From assembly GCA_028718745.1 (NCBI GenBank), contig JAQULF010000001.1, positions 111,078 through 175,077 on the forward strand: DNA of 64,000 nt. The letters are read 5' to 3'. The stretch is from Patescibacteria group bacterium. GTDB taxonomy: Bacteria; Patescibacteriota; JACPGU01. A program made the translations under genes and the position numbers. Shown here one piece after another: positions 1 through 9,330 of the stretch (its first letter is position 1; every line of letters begins with the position of its first letter). The notes below the pieces were generated by a model that saw only the letters and a program-made list of their open reading frames with translations, ran no database searches and had not been told where the DNA came from.

Positions 1-1448
1 TCAATCACTGTTTCAGCCGGATCAATTCGAACAACCTTGGCTTCAAATTTTACATCAGAACCATAAGCGTCCAGTGTGATCTCGGCTGAATTATCTATCT
101 TAATTTTGGAAATATCGGCTTCCGGTATATTAGCCTCCACGCCAAACTTCGCCTCGGTCATTACCGAGATAGCCGGCGCAGTCGCTCCTGCCATTTCTCC
201 CACTTTAATCTCTACTTTTGTTACTACGCCATTTACGGTCGAAGTAATAATTGATTTGGAATATTGAGCCGATGCTAATCCGAGCGATGCTTGCGCGCTT
301 CGGACTTGGGCTTGAGCGGAGGCAAGAGATGCTTCGGCTTGTTTGACAGCCGCTTCTTGGATTTGAACAGCTTCAGTAGTCGCGCCGGCTTTTTTGAGAT
401 TTAATTCTTGTTCAGCCAGAGAAACGGCGTTTTGCGCATTATTTATCAGGTTTTGGTTTGTTGAAGCTAAAGAATTTAGAGAACTTATTTTATTTGAAAT
501 TAAAGAAATTTGAGAATTAATCATCGATCTCTCGGTTGTAATTCCGGCTTTTTCGCTTGCAGAGAGAGACGCACTATTAAATGGAATAGCATCCAGAGTT
601 TGGCTGATTTTCATTAAAGCGCTGCTGGTATCACTAAGAGCCTTAACAACATTGGCTTCGGTTGGATTATTTTGCGCCGTGATAACCGAACCTCGGGCGC
701 CGCCTTTCATATCATTGATGTATTGAAAAATCCATCTTCCGCCATCTACCCCGCCAACCAGAGAATTTACCGCCGCCACTTTGCTTTCAGTTAAAGCATT
801 TGATTCTTGGTCATAGGCAACAAAGTGCGCATATTGAATGTCGGTGATCACATTAAGAGTATTAAGTCCCGAACTTATCGCGCTGCTGGCGCTATTGGCT
901 CCGTCAACCAAAGCTTGGGTGGTATCTGTTACTACCTTTGATTTTGTGCTTTCCAAGGCTTGTTTTGCATTATCTAGCTGCAATTGAGCCATTGCCAATT
1001 CTTCCGGTCGGGCGCCTTTTTTTAATTCTTCCAGTCGCGCTTTTTGTGATGCAACTCCCGCTTCATATTGCGCCACAGCTGATCTGGCTGAATCAACCCC
1101 TGCTGAAGCTTGAGCTACCGAAGAAGACATATCATTGTTTTTCAATAACGCCAAAGTTTGGCCGGATTTTACTTTGTCGCCAACTTTTACTTTAACGGAC
1201 GCCACTTTTCCGCCCATTTCAAAAGCGTAATCAAGCCCTTCGGCCGGTTTTACTTTTCCGGTCGCGGTTACTTCTTGTTCCACATTTCCTTTGGTAACAA
1301 TGAAGTATTCAAAATTCGGTTTTTGGTTTTTGGCGCTAACAATCTTGCCCCCGATTAAAAGGATAATAACTAACGCAAGAGTAGAGAGAACTACTAGTTT
1401 CTTTCTTTTTTTAATAAATTCTTTGAGATTTGAAAATTTGATTTTCAT
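1..1448 (-). CDS. HlyD-family membrane-fusion / efflux periplasmic adaptor protein, 3' (C-terminal) part runs off window start; ATG complement at 1446-1448
   Basis: Manual reverse-complement translation gives MKIKFSNLKEFIKKRKKLVVLSTLALVIILLIGG... (N-terminal TM helix, then long Ala/Gln-rich coiled coil and beta-barrel-like C-terminus EIKVGEMAGATAPAISVMTEAKF..VEANIPEADISKI), typical of the HlyD/MFP family. Not in the ORF track because it is truncated by the window edge. Confidence 0.6.
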   Translation of the reverse strand, partial: MKIKFSNLKEFIKKRKKLVVLSTLALVIILLIGGKIVSAKNQKPNFEYFIVTKGNVEQEVTATGKVKPAEGLDYAFEMGGKVASVKVKVGDKVKSGQTLALLKNNDMSSSVAQASAGVDSARSAVAQYEAGVASQKARLEELKKGARPEELAMAQLQLDNAKQALESTKSKVVTDTTQALVDGANSASSAISSGLNTLNVITDIQYAHFVAYDQESNALTESKVAAVNSLVGGVDGGRWIFQYINDMKGGARGSVITAQNNPTEANVVKALSDTSSALMKISQTLDAIPFNSASLSASEKAGITTERSMINSQISLISNKISSLNSLASTNQNLINNAQNAVSLAEQELNLKKAGATTEAVQIQEAAVKQAEASLASAQAQVRSAQASLGLASAQYSKSIITSTVNGVVTKVEIKVGEMAGATAPAISVMTEAKFGVEANIPEADISKIKIDNSAEITLDAYGSDVKFEAKVVRIDPAETVI

Positions 1449-1545
1449 AGTTGAATGATTTAATGATTAAATGATTATATGTTTAAATGCTTAGATGATT
1501 ATATCCCTAAATCTGTTATTTGTCAATAAGTTAGTTATTTTAGCC

Positions 1546-1590
1546 AAAAAAAGACAAAACAAAAGCCGCAGGGTTAGCCGCGGCCTTTTT
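1546..1590 (-). terminator. putative intrinsic terminator for minus-strand gene 1616..2107 (GC stem GCCGC/GCGGC, then T-rich tract on minus strand)
   Basis: aaaaGCCGCagggttagccGCGGCcttttt; on minus strand the hairpin is followed by ttttgttttgtcttttttt. Confidence 0.35.
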
Positions 1591-1615
1591 CCATTGTGTA
1601 CGAAGGAGCAAGAAA

Positions 1616-2107
1616 TCACCCCTTCATGAAATCAGGCTCTTCGGGGAGCGGGGGAAGCTTTGTGGCAACGAGAAGTAGAATGTCTCCCCTGATATGCGCC
1701 AGAAGCGGCATCAGAGAATCTAGGATGGCGGATCTTTGCTTCTTTGAAAGCCCCTTGAGGTTTCTCAGAAGATCCTCAACAAGGGCATCCGGGCTCTTCT
1801 GGATGTCGAGATGCGCTTCTCCCGAGAGCTGGCAGAGCTCGTCATAAAGCTTTTTAAGAAGCATTGAGTCGAGGGCAGCCTCTCTCAACATAACTGCTTT
1901 TTCGTACACATTGGCCATCGGTAAGAGTTCGGAAACCTGCTGGCAACCCGAGGTTTCCTTGCGAAGCTCCTCAAGACGGCGCCTGAAGTCGCCTATGGTT
2001 GCTTCAGAAAGAGACAACGCCTTTCTCTCTGCAATCTTGAGCTCCATTCTGGCAATATCTCTCGCCAGTTTCCATGCCTCTTTAATGTCAATGTCCATAT
2101 TGGACAC
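1616..2107 (-). CDS. hypothetical protein (GC-rich ORF, helical/charged composition)
   Basis: 163-aa ORF with normal amino-acid composition; the overlapping plus-strand ORF 1596..1847 is Ser/Arg-rich junk. Local GC clearly higher than flanks. Confidence 0.45.
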   Translation of the reverse strand: MSNMDIDIKEAWKLARDIARMELKIAERKALSLSEATIGDFRRRLEELRKETSGCQQVSELLPMANVYEKAVMLREAALDSMLLKKLYDELCQLSGEAHLDIQKSPDALVEDLLRNLKGLSKKQRSAILDSLMPLLAHIRGDILLLVATKLPPLPEEPDFMKG

Positions 2108-2210
2108 CTCCTTTCATAATTTACCACTATAGTATTTATAGCACAAAAAAAGAAAAGGGTCAAGAATTTTAGCTAAAATAAGCTTTTTTTATCTTTTATT
2201 CAAAAATCTC

Positions 2211-2238
2211 TTGACAGGGTTTAAAATATGAGTAAAAT
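2211..2238 (+). promoter_or_regulatory. sigma70-like promoter of the hrcA operon (TTGACA-16nt-TAAAAT)
   Basis: TTGACA at 2211-2216, TAAAAT at 2233-2238. Confidence 0.5.
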
Positions 2239-2246
2239 GGATAGTA

Positions 2247-2273
2247 TTAGCACTCGGTATAGGTGAGTGCCAG
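2247..2273 (+). promoter_or_regulatory. CIRCE operator (HrcA binding site) TTAGCACTC-N9-GAGTGCCAG
   Basis: ttagcactcggtataggtgagtgccag matches the CIRCE consensus TTAGCACTC-N9-GAGTGCTAA with 2 mismatches in the right arm; lies between the promoter and the hrcA start. Confidence 0.8.
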
Positions 2274-2338
2274 ATATATCAATAACACCCTTACGGGTGT
2301 CAATCCAAATTCGGAATGACAGCCGTGAGGCTGTCAAA

Positions 2339-3025
2339 ATGTTCACCCGCAAAAACAACATCCTACAATCCATCATTGAGGAATACATCACCACCGGTGA
2401 ACCGGTTGGTTCAAAAGGCTTGAGCGGATTTTTCGGTTTCTCCTCGGCAACGATCCGATCCGAGATGGTAAGGTTGGAAAAAGAAGGCCTGATCTACCAG
2501 CCGCACACCTCTGCCGGCCGCATCCCAACCGAAAAAGGATTGCGAGAATATGTTGATAGTTTGAAAGTTGATCTTACAAAAATTAACAAAGACGATATTA
2601 AAAGATTCGCCGAGAAGAAAGGCATGGATAAAGTTTTGAAAGTAATATCGTCCATCGCCGGCGGAAATACCGCTTTTTACATCACGCCAAAATCAATCCG
2701 CTATTATGGACTGTCTGAAACTTTAAAACAGAAAGAATTTGATGATAAAGAAAAAGTTGTGCGATTTGCCAAAGTGATTGATAACCTTCCCGATTTCGTA
2801 CAATTACTGGAATTTGATGAGGGATCGCCGCTTAAAGTATATATAGGAAAAGAAAATGTTTACAAATTCGCGCAAGATTTCGCCACCGTCGCAGTGTATT
2901 TCCCATTCGGAAAAGAACTCTGCGTCCTCGGCGTATTGGGCCCAGTAAGAATGCCTTATCGCAAGATTATTCCGTATCTACTTTCTACAGCAGAGAATTT
3001 CCGTAATAAAAAACTTATAAAATAG
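2339..3025 (+). CDS. hrcA: heat-inducible transcription repressor HrcA
   Basis: [28 protein letters not shown]...[38 protein letters not shown] is the classic HrcA N-terminal winged helix. ATG at 2339 preferred over the track start at 2267, which would overlap CIRCE. Confidence 0.85.
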   Translation: MFTRKNNILQSIIEEYITTGEPVGSKGLSGFFGFSSATIRSEMVRLEKEGLIYQPHTSAGRIPTEKGLREYVDSLKVDLTKINKDDIKRFAEKKGMDKVLKVISSIAGGNTAFYITPKSIRYYGLSETLKQKEFDDKEKVVRFAKVIDNLPDFVQLLEFDEGSPLKVYIGKENVYKFAQDFATVAVYFPFGKELCVLGVLGPVRMPYRKIIPYLLSTAENFRNKKLIK

Positions 3026-3028
3026 AAT

Positions 3029-3090
3029 CCCGTAGGGGCGCAATTCATTGCGCCCGACAGGAAGGGCGCGATAAATCGACGCCCCTACAA
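3029..3090. repeat. GC-rich palindromic element (GTAGGGGCG...CGCCCCTAC termini, inner hairpin GGGCGCAA-TTCA-TTGCGCCC), intergenic hrcA-grpE
   Basis: cccGTAGGGGCGCaattcattGCGCCCgacaggaagggcgcgataaatcgaCGCCCCTACaaa; same terminal motif as the in-frame elements at 14493, 14986, 32077, 32427. Confidence 0.6.
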
Positions 3091-3106
3091 ATGCAAGGAG
3101 AAAATC

Positions 3107-3580
3107 ATGGTAAAAAAACAACCCAAAATCAATATTGAAGAAATTTTACAAGAGCGCGACGCCAACCTCGCCGGTTGGAAACGATCGTTAGCCGACTTTG
3201 AAAATTTCAAGAAACAATTTGAGAAAGAAAAAGAAACCCTTATTCATTACATGAAAGCTGACGCGATATCAAAACTTTTACCCATCATGGCAAATTGGGA
3301 AGTCGCAATGAAAAACATTCCGGAAGACCAAAAAGACAGCGAATGGATCAAAGGAATCATGGCAATCAAAAACCAATTAGACGAATTCTTTCAAAAAGAA
3401 GGTTTAGAAAAAGTAAAAACAGTCGGCGAGAAATTCAATCCCAATATCCACGAAGCGATGCTGGAAGAAGAATCCGACCAACCCGACGGCACAATCCTTG
3501 AAGAATTCGAACCTGGATATCGGATCGGAGAAAGAGTTATCAAATATCCGAAAGTGAAAGTTAGCAAAAGGAGGAATTAA
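3107..3580 (+). CDS. grpE: nucleotide exchange factor GrpE
   Basis: Coiled-coil N-terminus plus C-terminal beta domain (…HEAMLEEESDQPDGTILEEFEPGYRIGERVIKYPKVKVS); position between hrcA and dnaK. Confidence 0.9.
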   Translation: MVKKQPKINIEEILQERDANLAGWKRSLADFENFKKQFEKEKETLIHYMKADAISKLLPIMANWEVAMKNIPEDQKDSEWIKGIMAIKNQLDEFFQKEGLEKVKTVGEKFNPNIHEAMLEEESDQPDGTILEEFEPGYRIGERVIKYPKVKVSKRRN

Positions 3581-3585
3581 GAATC

Positions 3586-3879
3586 ATGAATTATGAATCA
3601 AGAAGTAACAAAATATTTGCAGATGCATTGGGAGTATATAGCGAAGGTATAAAATGGATTGTTCTGCCAGCATTCATGACCGGAACCATGTTGCTTTCAG
3701 CCGGATGCGACTCAAATCAAAAAAGTTGTTTTGCGTTACCAACAAATAATCCATTACCAATAATCCGAATAATAGATCAGCCAAGTAGTGGTTTAGCATC
3801 AGAAACACAATACCCAATATTTGTAGCAGTAAATAATTCAGCCACGACCACTTCTTCTGGTTCAATATCAATAAAATAA
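3586..3879 (+). CDS. hypothetical small lipoprotein (possible lipobox LLSAGC)
   Basis: 97-aa ORF immediately after grpE with RBS aaggagg; hydrophobic N-terminus followed by Cys. Confidence 0.3.
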   Translation: MNYESRSNKIFADALGVYSEGIKWIVLPAFMTGTMLLSAGCDSNQKSCFALPTNNPLPIIRIIDQPSSGLASETQYPIFVAVNNSATTTSSGSISIK

Positions 3880-3883
3880 AAAT

Positions 3884-4432
3884 GTGATAAAAATAATATT
3901 TGAGCCACACGGCACAACCACCGATAACGAAAAACATTTAGCTTCTGGATTGTATGATGTTGAACTGTCGGAACTTGGCGTTCAACAAGCAAAAGAGCTA
4001 GGCGAAAGACATAAGGACGAAGAATTTGACGCCATCTTCTGTTCAGACCTTCAAAGATCCTATAAGACAGCAGAAATAGCATTTGGGAACAAATATCCGA
4101 TTATTAGAGATAAAAGGCTAAACGAGTGTGATTATGGAGACCTAACACAACATCCGAGCGGCGAAGTTGATGCCGAAAAGATAAAAAGAGTTAACGAACC
4201 CTTCCCGAACGGTGAAAGCTATAAACAAGCATCAGAAAGAATGAGAAATTTTTTGGAGGATTTATTAAAAGAATACGATGAAAAAAGAATCATGATTATT
4301 GGACACCGAGCAACCCAATACGGATTAGAAAGATGGATAAATGGCGTAACAATAGAAGACAGTGTCCGCAATCACGAAAATTGGAAATGGCAACCAGGAT
4401 GGACATATGAATTGAAAGAAATTAAAAATTAA
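3884..4432 (+). CDS. histidine phosphatase family protein (phosphoglycerate-mutase-like), GTG start
   Basis: N-terminal FEPHGTT and C-terminal IIGHRATQYGLE motifs resemble the RHG/His motifs of branch-1 histidine phosphatases. The R-to-P substitution in the first motif makes the catalytic assignment uncertain. Confidence 0.5.
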   Translation: MIKIIFEPHGTTTDNEKHLASGLYDVELSELGVQQAKELGERHKDEEFDAIFCSDLQRSYKTAEIAFGNKYPIIRDKRLNECDYGDLTQHPSGEVDAEKIKRVNEPFPNGESYKQASERMRNFLEDLLKEYDEKRIMIIGHRATQYGLERWINGVTIEDSVRNHENWKWQPGWTYELKEIKN

Positions 4433-4503
4433 AACATTATTTAAAAAATTCAAAAATTATAAAATTAAGAATTTTAACCAATTATTAAGAAAGGAGAAAA
4501 AAT

Positions 4504-6408
4504 ATGAGTAAAATTATCGGAATTGACCTTGGAACCACCAACTCAGCTGTTGCTGTAATGCGTGGAGGCAAGGCGGAAATTATCACCAACGCAGAAGGAA
4601 ATCGCACCACGCCTTCTATCGTTGCGGTTACCAAAACTGGTGAAAGATTAGTGGGGCAAGTTGCAAAAAGACAGGCCGTCACCAATAGTGACAACACTGT
4701 TTTTTCTGTAAAAAGATTTATCGGTCGCGCATACGGCGACAAAGAAACCCAGAAAGATATCAAAGCGATGCCTTACCAAATCGTGAAAGGCAAAAACGAC
4801 GCAGTAGAAGTAAAAATGGGCGACAAAGCTTATAGCGCTCCGGAAATCTCGGCGATGGTTCTTGGCAAATTAAAAGCTGACGCGGAAGCGTTTCTTGGCG
4901 AAAAAGTAACCGAAGCGGTCATTACCGTTCCGGCGTATTTTAACGATGCGCAAAGACAGGCAACCAAAGATGCGGGTAAAATCGCCGGATTGGATGTGAA
5001 AAGAATTATCAACGAACCGACCGCTGCCGCCCTAGCTTATGGTTTGGATAAGAAGAAAAATGAGCAAATCGCTGTTTACGATCTAGGCGGTGGAACATTT
5101 GATATTTCAATTTTGGAAATTGGAGATGGAGTATTTGAAGTGAAGAGTACTAATGGCGATACGCATCTTGGTGGTGATGATTTTGACCAAAAGATAATTG
5201 AATGGCTAACCGCAGAATTTAAGAAAAGCGAAGGAGTGGATTTATCCAAAGATAAAATGGCTTTGCAAAGATTAAAAGTTGAAGTGGAAAAAGCAAAACA
5301 CGAATTATCTTCTTCTATGGAAACCGATGTGAATATCCCATTTGTTACCGCTGACGAATCCGGACCAAAACATCTCAATATCAAATTGACTCGCGCGAAA
5401 CTGGAAGAATTGGTTGGCGACCTGATTGAAGCGACGATCAAACCATGTGAAAAAGCTTTGAAAGATGCTGGTTTGAAAGCCTCTGACATTGATGAAGTAA
5501 TCATGGTTGGCGGTATGACCAGAATGCCAAAAGTTGTTGAAACCGTAAAGAAATTCTTCGGCAAAGATCCGCATCAAGGCGTAAACCCTGACGAAGTGGT
5601 AGCTATCGGCGCTGCGATCCAAGGCGGAGTTCTGGGTGGAGATGTTAAAGATGTATTATTACTCGATGTAACTCCTCTATCACTTGGAATTGAAACCCTT
5701 GGTGGTGTATCCACAAAATTAATTGAAAGAAATACGACTGTTCCAACTAGCAAATCTCAAGTATTTTCAACTGCCGCTGACAATCAGCCATCGGTAGAAA
5801 TAAATATCTTGCAAGGTGAAAGAGAATTTGCCGCTGATAATAAATCTTTAGGCAGATTTATTTTGGAAGGATTATTGCCGGCGCCTCGCGGAGTTCCGCA
5901 AGTTGAAGTATCTTTTGATATTGATGCAAACGGAATTCTAAATGTGAAAGCGGTTGATAAAGGAACCGGTAAAGAACAGAAGATCACCATCACCGGAAGT
6001 TCCGGTTTAAGTAAGGAAGATGTTGAAAAAATGGCAAAGGATGCCGAGCTTCACGCCGAGGAAGATAAGAAAAAGAAAGAAACTATTGAGATAAAAAATA
6101 TGGCCGAAAATATGATCTATCAAACTGAAAAAACTATCCGAGATAACGCTGATAAGATCGATGAAGCTACTAAGAAAGATGTTGAAGAAAAAATCGAAGC
6201 GCTTAAGAAATTAAAAGATTCTGAAGATATCGAAGAGATTAAGAAGAAAACAGATGAGCTAATGCAAGCTGCGCAAAAAATCGGGGAACAGGTATATAAA
6301 GCTTCTCAAGAGCAGGCAAAGCCAGAAGGCGAACCGGCTACTAAAGAAAAGACCGAAAACAAAAAACCGGATGAGCCGGTTGAGGGAGAATACCAAGAAG
6401 GAAAATAG
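4504..6408 (+). CDS. dnaK: molecular chaperone DnaK (Hsp70)
   Basis: [36 protein letters not shown] and the rest are an unmistakable Hsp70. Confidence 0.97.
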   Translation: MSKIIGIDLGTTNSAVAVMRGGKAEIITNAEGNRTTPSIVAVTKTGERLVGQVAKRQAVTNSDNTVFSVKRFIGRAYGDKETQKDIKAMPYQIVKGKNDAVEVKMGDKAYSAPEISAMVLGKLKADAEAFLGEKVTEAVITVPAYFNDAQRQATKDAGKIAGLDVKRIINEPTAAALAYGLDKKKNEQIAVYDLGGGTFDISILEIGDGVFEVKSTNGDTHLGGDDFDQKIIEWLTAEFKKSEGVDLSKDKMALQRLKVEVEKAKHELSSSMETDVNIPFVTADESGPKHLNIKLTRAKLEELVGDLIEATIKPCEKALKDAGLKASDIDEVIMVGGMTRMPKVVETVKKFFGKDPHQGVNPDEVVAIGAAIQGGVLGGDVKDVLLLDVTPLSLGIETLGGVSTKLIERNTTVPTSKSQVFSTAADNQPSVEINILQGEREFAADNKSLGRFILEGLLPAPRGVPQVEVSFDIDANGILNVKAVDKGTGKEQKITITGSSGLSKEDVEKMAKDAELHAEEDKKKKETIEIKNMAENMIYQTEKTIRDNADKIDEATKKDVEEKIEALKKLKDSEDIEEIKKKTDELMQAAQKIGEQVYKASQEQAKPEGEPATKEKTENKKPDEPVEGEYQEGK

Positions 6409-6409
6409 C

Positions 6410-6500
6410 TCTTTTAGCTTCATTAGCTTCGTTAGCTTATTAGGATGAGTTCTAAAAGCTAACGAAGCTAAAAGCTAAGGAAGCTTTCTACTTGCACCTT
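6410..6500. repeat. inverted repeat of a TAGCTT(C/T)GTTAGCTTTTAGCT-type unit downstream of dnaK (long imperfect hairpin); a related copy at 57885-57910
   Basis: tagcttcattagcttcgttagctt ... aagctaacgaagctaaaagcta are mutual reverse complements; same 20-mer after ORF 57143..57886. Confidence 0.5.
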
Positions 6501-6549
6501 TTTAACTTATGTTCTAAAATCTAAGCAAGCCTCGCTAAAGGCAGGTAAA

Positions 6550-6575
6550 CCCCGCCTTGGCGGGGTAAATATAAA
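6550..6575 (+). promoter_or_regulatory. GC hairpin CCCCGCC-ttg-GCGGGG followed by GTAAATATAA, 15 nt upstream of the start codon; variant of the leader motif at 25565/27916/51301
   Basis: ccccgccttggcggggtaaatataaataaaaacaaaaaatATG; the 13-mer GGGGTAAATATAA is shared with the 27916 copy. Confidence 0.4.
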
Positions 6576-6589
6576 TAAAAACAAAAAAT

Positions 6590-7261
6590 ATGAACAGAAG
6601 AACACTGATCATAGCGGGAGCATTGATAGTTCTTGCTATAATACTTTTGCTACTGCCTAGCCTATTAAAAAAACCGGCCGGCACTACCCCGACCAATAAT
6701 ACTGCTCAAACCCAGCCGGTCACCACCAATGTAGCCGCTTTCCCGCTGGACACTGCAAAAGTAAGTACCTTATCTGCCCAAGCGCAAAAAGAATTCGACT
6801 TTGCTTTTACGAAAGCCAAGGAATGGAGAAATGATGTTGCGCCGGCAGCCGTGATAGTAAAATATACCGGTTCCATCGATGATAAAAACGGCAAAAACAC
6901 TTATGCTTTTGTTTCGCCATCTTTGAGCCAATTTTACTTCACGCTTACTTTTGATCAAGCTGTAAATGCTAGCGGAGAAAATAATTTCCAAAGAATTCTT
7001 TATTTTAAAGAAGACTATTTCTTACCAGCCAATACCGCTGTCATGCCAATAAACTATTGGAAATTAAATTATCTGGACGCGCTTAAAAAGGCCGATGACC
7101 TAGGAGGTAAAAACATCCGAACCGACAACAAAAATTACGATGTTAATCTGGTTCTATCGGCTCAAACCGGCGCTTATCTCATGTGGGATGTAGAGTACTT
7201 GGTGAATGGGACAAAAATGTTTTCCGTATCCATCAATGCGTATGATGGAACGGTGAAGTAG
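6590..7261 (+). CDS. hypothetical membrane-anchored secreted protein
   Basis: N-terminal TM/signal anchor (LIIAGALIVLAIILLLL), Thr/Pro-rich linker, globular C-terminus. Confidence 0.5.
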   Translation: MNRRTLIIAGALIVLAIILLLLPSLLKKPAGTTPTNNTAQTQPVTTNVAAFPLDTAKVSTLSAQAQKEFDFAFTKAKEWRNDVAPAAVIVKYTGSIDDKNGKNTYAFVSPSLSQFYFTLTFDQAVNASGENNFQRILYFKEDYFLPANTAVMPINYWKLNYLDALKKADDLGGKNIRTDNKNYDVNLVLSAQTGAYLMWDVEYLVNGTKMFSVSINAYDGTVK

Positions 7262-7295
7262 ACAAGAAAACAATAAATCAAAAAAGCAAGAAAAC

Positions 7296-7321
7296 AAAAG
7301 AGTGGGCAACCACTTTTTTGG
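7296..7321 (+). terminator. intrinsic terminator (AGTGG-gcaa-CCACT + TTTTTT)
   Basis: aaaagAGTGGgcaaCCACTtttttg after the stop of ORF 6590..7261. Confidence 0.5.
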
Positions 7322-7474
7322 ATTAAGCTCTAATTGTCATTCCCGAACACTGTTGTACTCAACAGTAAGTCGGGAATCCAGTACCAAAATACGATATAGT
7401 ATTCTTATTGAATTGGATCCCCGATTTTCTGTCCGAGTACGGAGCAGAAGCTCGGGGATGACAGCCTAAAAACT

Positions 7475-8571
7475 ATGAGTAAAGACTACTACAAAACACT
7501 TGGCATCTCAAAGTCGGCTTCCGCCGATCAGATTAAGTCTGCCTACAAAAAGCTCGCGGTCAAATATCATCCCGATGTGAATAAGGATGCGGGAGCCGAA
7601 GCGAAATTTAAAGAAATCAACGAAGCCTACCAAGTACTTTCTGACCCGCAAAAAAAATCTAACTATGATCAATTCGGCTCCGCCGACATGGGCAATATGG
7701 GGGGAGCCGGCGGATTCGGTGGCGGACAAGGATTCGGCGGATTCGATTTCTCCGGATTTTCCAGCGGTGGACAGGCGGATTTGAGGACATCGATGACATT
7801 TTTGATGTTTTTTTTGGCGGAGGAAGAGGATCCGCCAGCCGGCGGAGAAAAGAAAATCGCGGCCGTGATGTTGAGATTTTAATTGAACTGGATTTTAAAG
7901 ATGCCATATTTGGAACTGAAAAAGATATTGCTTATTCGGTCATGAGTAGGTGTCCTGAATGCATGGGAGCCGGCGGAACTAATTTGAAAAAATGTTCACA
8001 GTGCGGGGGAACCGGACAAATTACCAAAGCCCAAAGAACAATTCTGGGATCTTTCGCGCAAACTGTCATTTGCCCAAATTGCAAAGGCCATGGCGAAGTA
8101 CCGGAAAACATTTGTAGAAAATGCGGAGGAACCGGAACATCTCGTCAAACCAAAGATATTAAAGTAAAAATCCCTGCCGGAGTAAATGACGGCTCCTCAA
8201 TCCGAGTTGCCGGCGGAGGCGAAGTCGGAGAAGATGGAGAAGGTGATTTATATTTGCGGATCAAAGTAAAACCTGCCAAAGAATTTAATCGGGAAGGACA
8301 AGATATTTTTAGCGAAAAAGAAATTTCTTTTTCTCAAGCCGCTCTTGGAGATAGAGTAAAAATCGAAACAGTCGATGGTTCTATTGATTTGAATATCCCA
8401 GCCGGAACTGCTAGCCATACTCAATTTCGTTTGCGCGGAAAAGGTGTTCCATATCCAAACAATCCTCGCCAACGGGGCGATCACCTCGTCACAATAAAAA
8501 TCCGTGTGCCAAAAAAATTGTCGAGGGAGGAGAGAGAGATGCTGGAGAAACTGAAAAATATAAATCCCTAA
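7475..8571 (+). CDS. dnaJ: molecular chaperone DnaJ, interrupted by an apparent 1-nt frameshift near 7774 (J-domain and G/F region in one frame 7475..~7776, Zn-finger and C-terminal domains in frame of 7942..8571)
   Basis: Frame A: [38 protein letters not shown]...[22 protein letters not shown]. Frame B from ggc at 7774: [68 protein letters not shown]...CxxCxGxG x4...KLKNINP. One missing base around 7770-7776 restores a canonical DnaJ. Confidence 0.85.
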
Positions 8572-8695
8572 TTTCTAATTGACCTAATTTCTAAACAAAT
8601 TGCAAACATCAATGATCCAATATTAGAAATTGGGATTTTGACATTGGTCATTTTTTAGAAATTAGAAATTATGATTTAGAAATTTTCTGCGACCA
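8569..8695. repeat. cluster of six copies of the 9-mer AATTTCTAA / TTAGAAATT (2 forward, 4 reverse) upstream of the cvpA promoter: candidate operator array
   Basis: taatttctaa at 8569 and 8585; ttagaaatt at ~8633, 8656, 8663 and 8686. Confidence 0.45.
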
Positions 8696-8696
8696 C

Positions 8697-8724
8697 TTGA
8701 CAGCAAATCTCAAAATAGTATGAT
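8697..8724 (+). promoter_or_regulatory. sigma70-like promoter TTGACA-16-TATGAT
   Basis: cTTGACAgcaaatctcaaaatagTATGATgag. Confidence 0.45.
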
Positions 8725-8754
8725 GAGTTTAATAAAATAAATAAAAACAAATTT

Positions 8755-9276
8755 ATGTCTCCTACTTGGGATCTGTTTATAATTATCTTTTTTATAATTG
8801 CTATTGTTTTTGGTATTGCGATGGGGCGAGAACGATCCATGGTGGGACTTATCGCGGCCTATATCGGTTTGGTGGTTTCAAATATCGGTGGTAACGCTCT
8901 TTACGCCGCGCTTGGCGGACAGGCTTCAGCGCAATTGGGAAGCACCATTTCTTTGACAGCCACTACCTCACCCTTCTTTATCAAAGCCGGCATATTTGTT
9001 TTAATTTTGGTTCTGTTAATTATAAAAGGCGACTTCTTGAAGCGCGCTGTTACTTCTCATGCCGGAGTCGGATCAATCATTGCCAGCGGACTTTACAGCT
9101 TTCTTAATGCTGGGATAATTATCACAGCTCTAGTTTCATTTCTTTCTGATTCGCAAAGAACTGATCTATTAACCCAATCAAGCTACATTAACCTTATCCA
9201 ACAATACCAAGTTTGGTGGATGGTCTTGCCGGTAATCCTTATGATTATTTTAGGATTTAAGGAAAAAGAGGAATAA
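8755..9276 (+). CDS. CvpA-family membrane protein (colicin V production protein-like)
   Basis: 173 aa, four hydrophobic helices with small Gly/Ala-rich loops, the size and topology of CvpA; recalled family, not searched. Confidence 0.45.
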   Translation: MSPTWDLFIIIFFIIAIVFGIAMGRERSMVGLIAAYIGLVVSNIGGNALYAALGGQASAQLGSTISLTATTSPFFIKAGIFVLILVLLIIKGDFLKRAVTSHAGVGSIIASGLYSFLNAGIIITALVSFLSDSQRTDLLTQSSYINLIQQYQVWWMVLPVILMIILGFKEKEE

Positions 9277-9303
9277 AGATAAAAACAAAAAGAAATCAAA
9301 AAA

Positions 9304-9330
9304 CACTCACTGAAAGGTGGGTGTTTTTAT
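9304..9330. terminator. bidirectional intrinsic terminator between convergent cvpA-like and NUDIX genes
   Basis: ACACTCAC-tgaaag-GTGGGTGT followed by TTTTTATTT; A/T tracts on both sides. Confidence 0.5.

Noticed and set aside
76-1358. Plus-strand ORFs 76..267, 938..1195, 1158..1358 from the track
   Set aside because: They lie antisense inside the well-supported minus-strand HlyD-like gene (1..1448) and have low-complexity composition.
1596-1847. Plus-strand ORF 83 aa
   Set aside because: Ser/Arg/Gly-rich junk translation overlapping the better minus-strand ORF 1616..2107.
2267-2338. Track start of hrcA at 2267
   Set aside because: It would place the CIRCE operator inside the coding sequence; the ATG at 2339 gives the canonical HrcA N-terminus.
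6550-6575. GC hairpin after dnaK as a rho-independent terminator (also 52289-52310)
   Set aside because: Followed by an A-tract rather than a U-tract on the plus strand, and on the minus strand the T-tract precedes the stem; more consistent with a leader/regulatory hairpin.
7659-7907. Minus-strand ORF 82 aa over the dnaJ frameshift site
   Set aside because: Arg/Pro-rich antisense shadow of dnaJ.
8569-8695. Possible CRISPR array (repeated TTAGAAATT units)
   Set aside because: The unit is only 9 bp, occurs in both orientations with irregular spacing, and there are no cas genes; more like an operator array.
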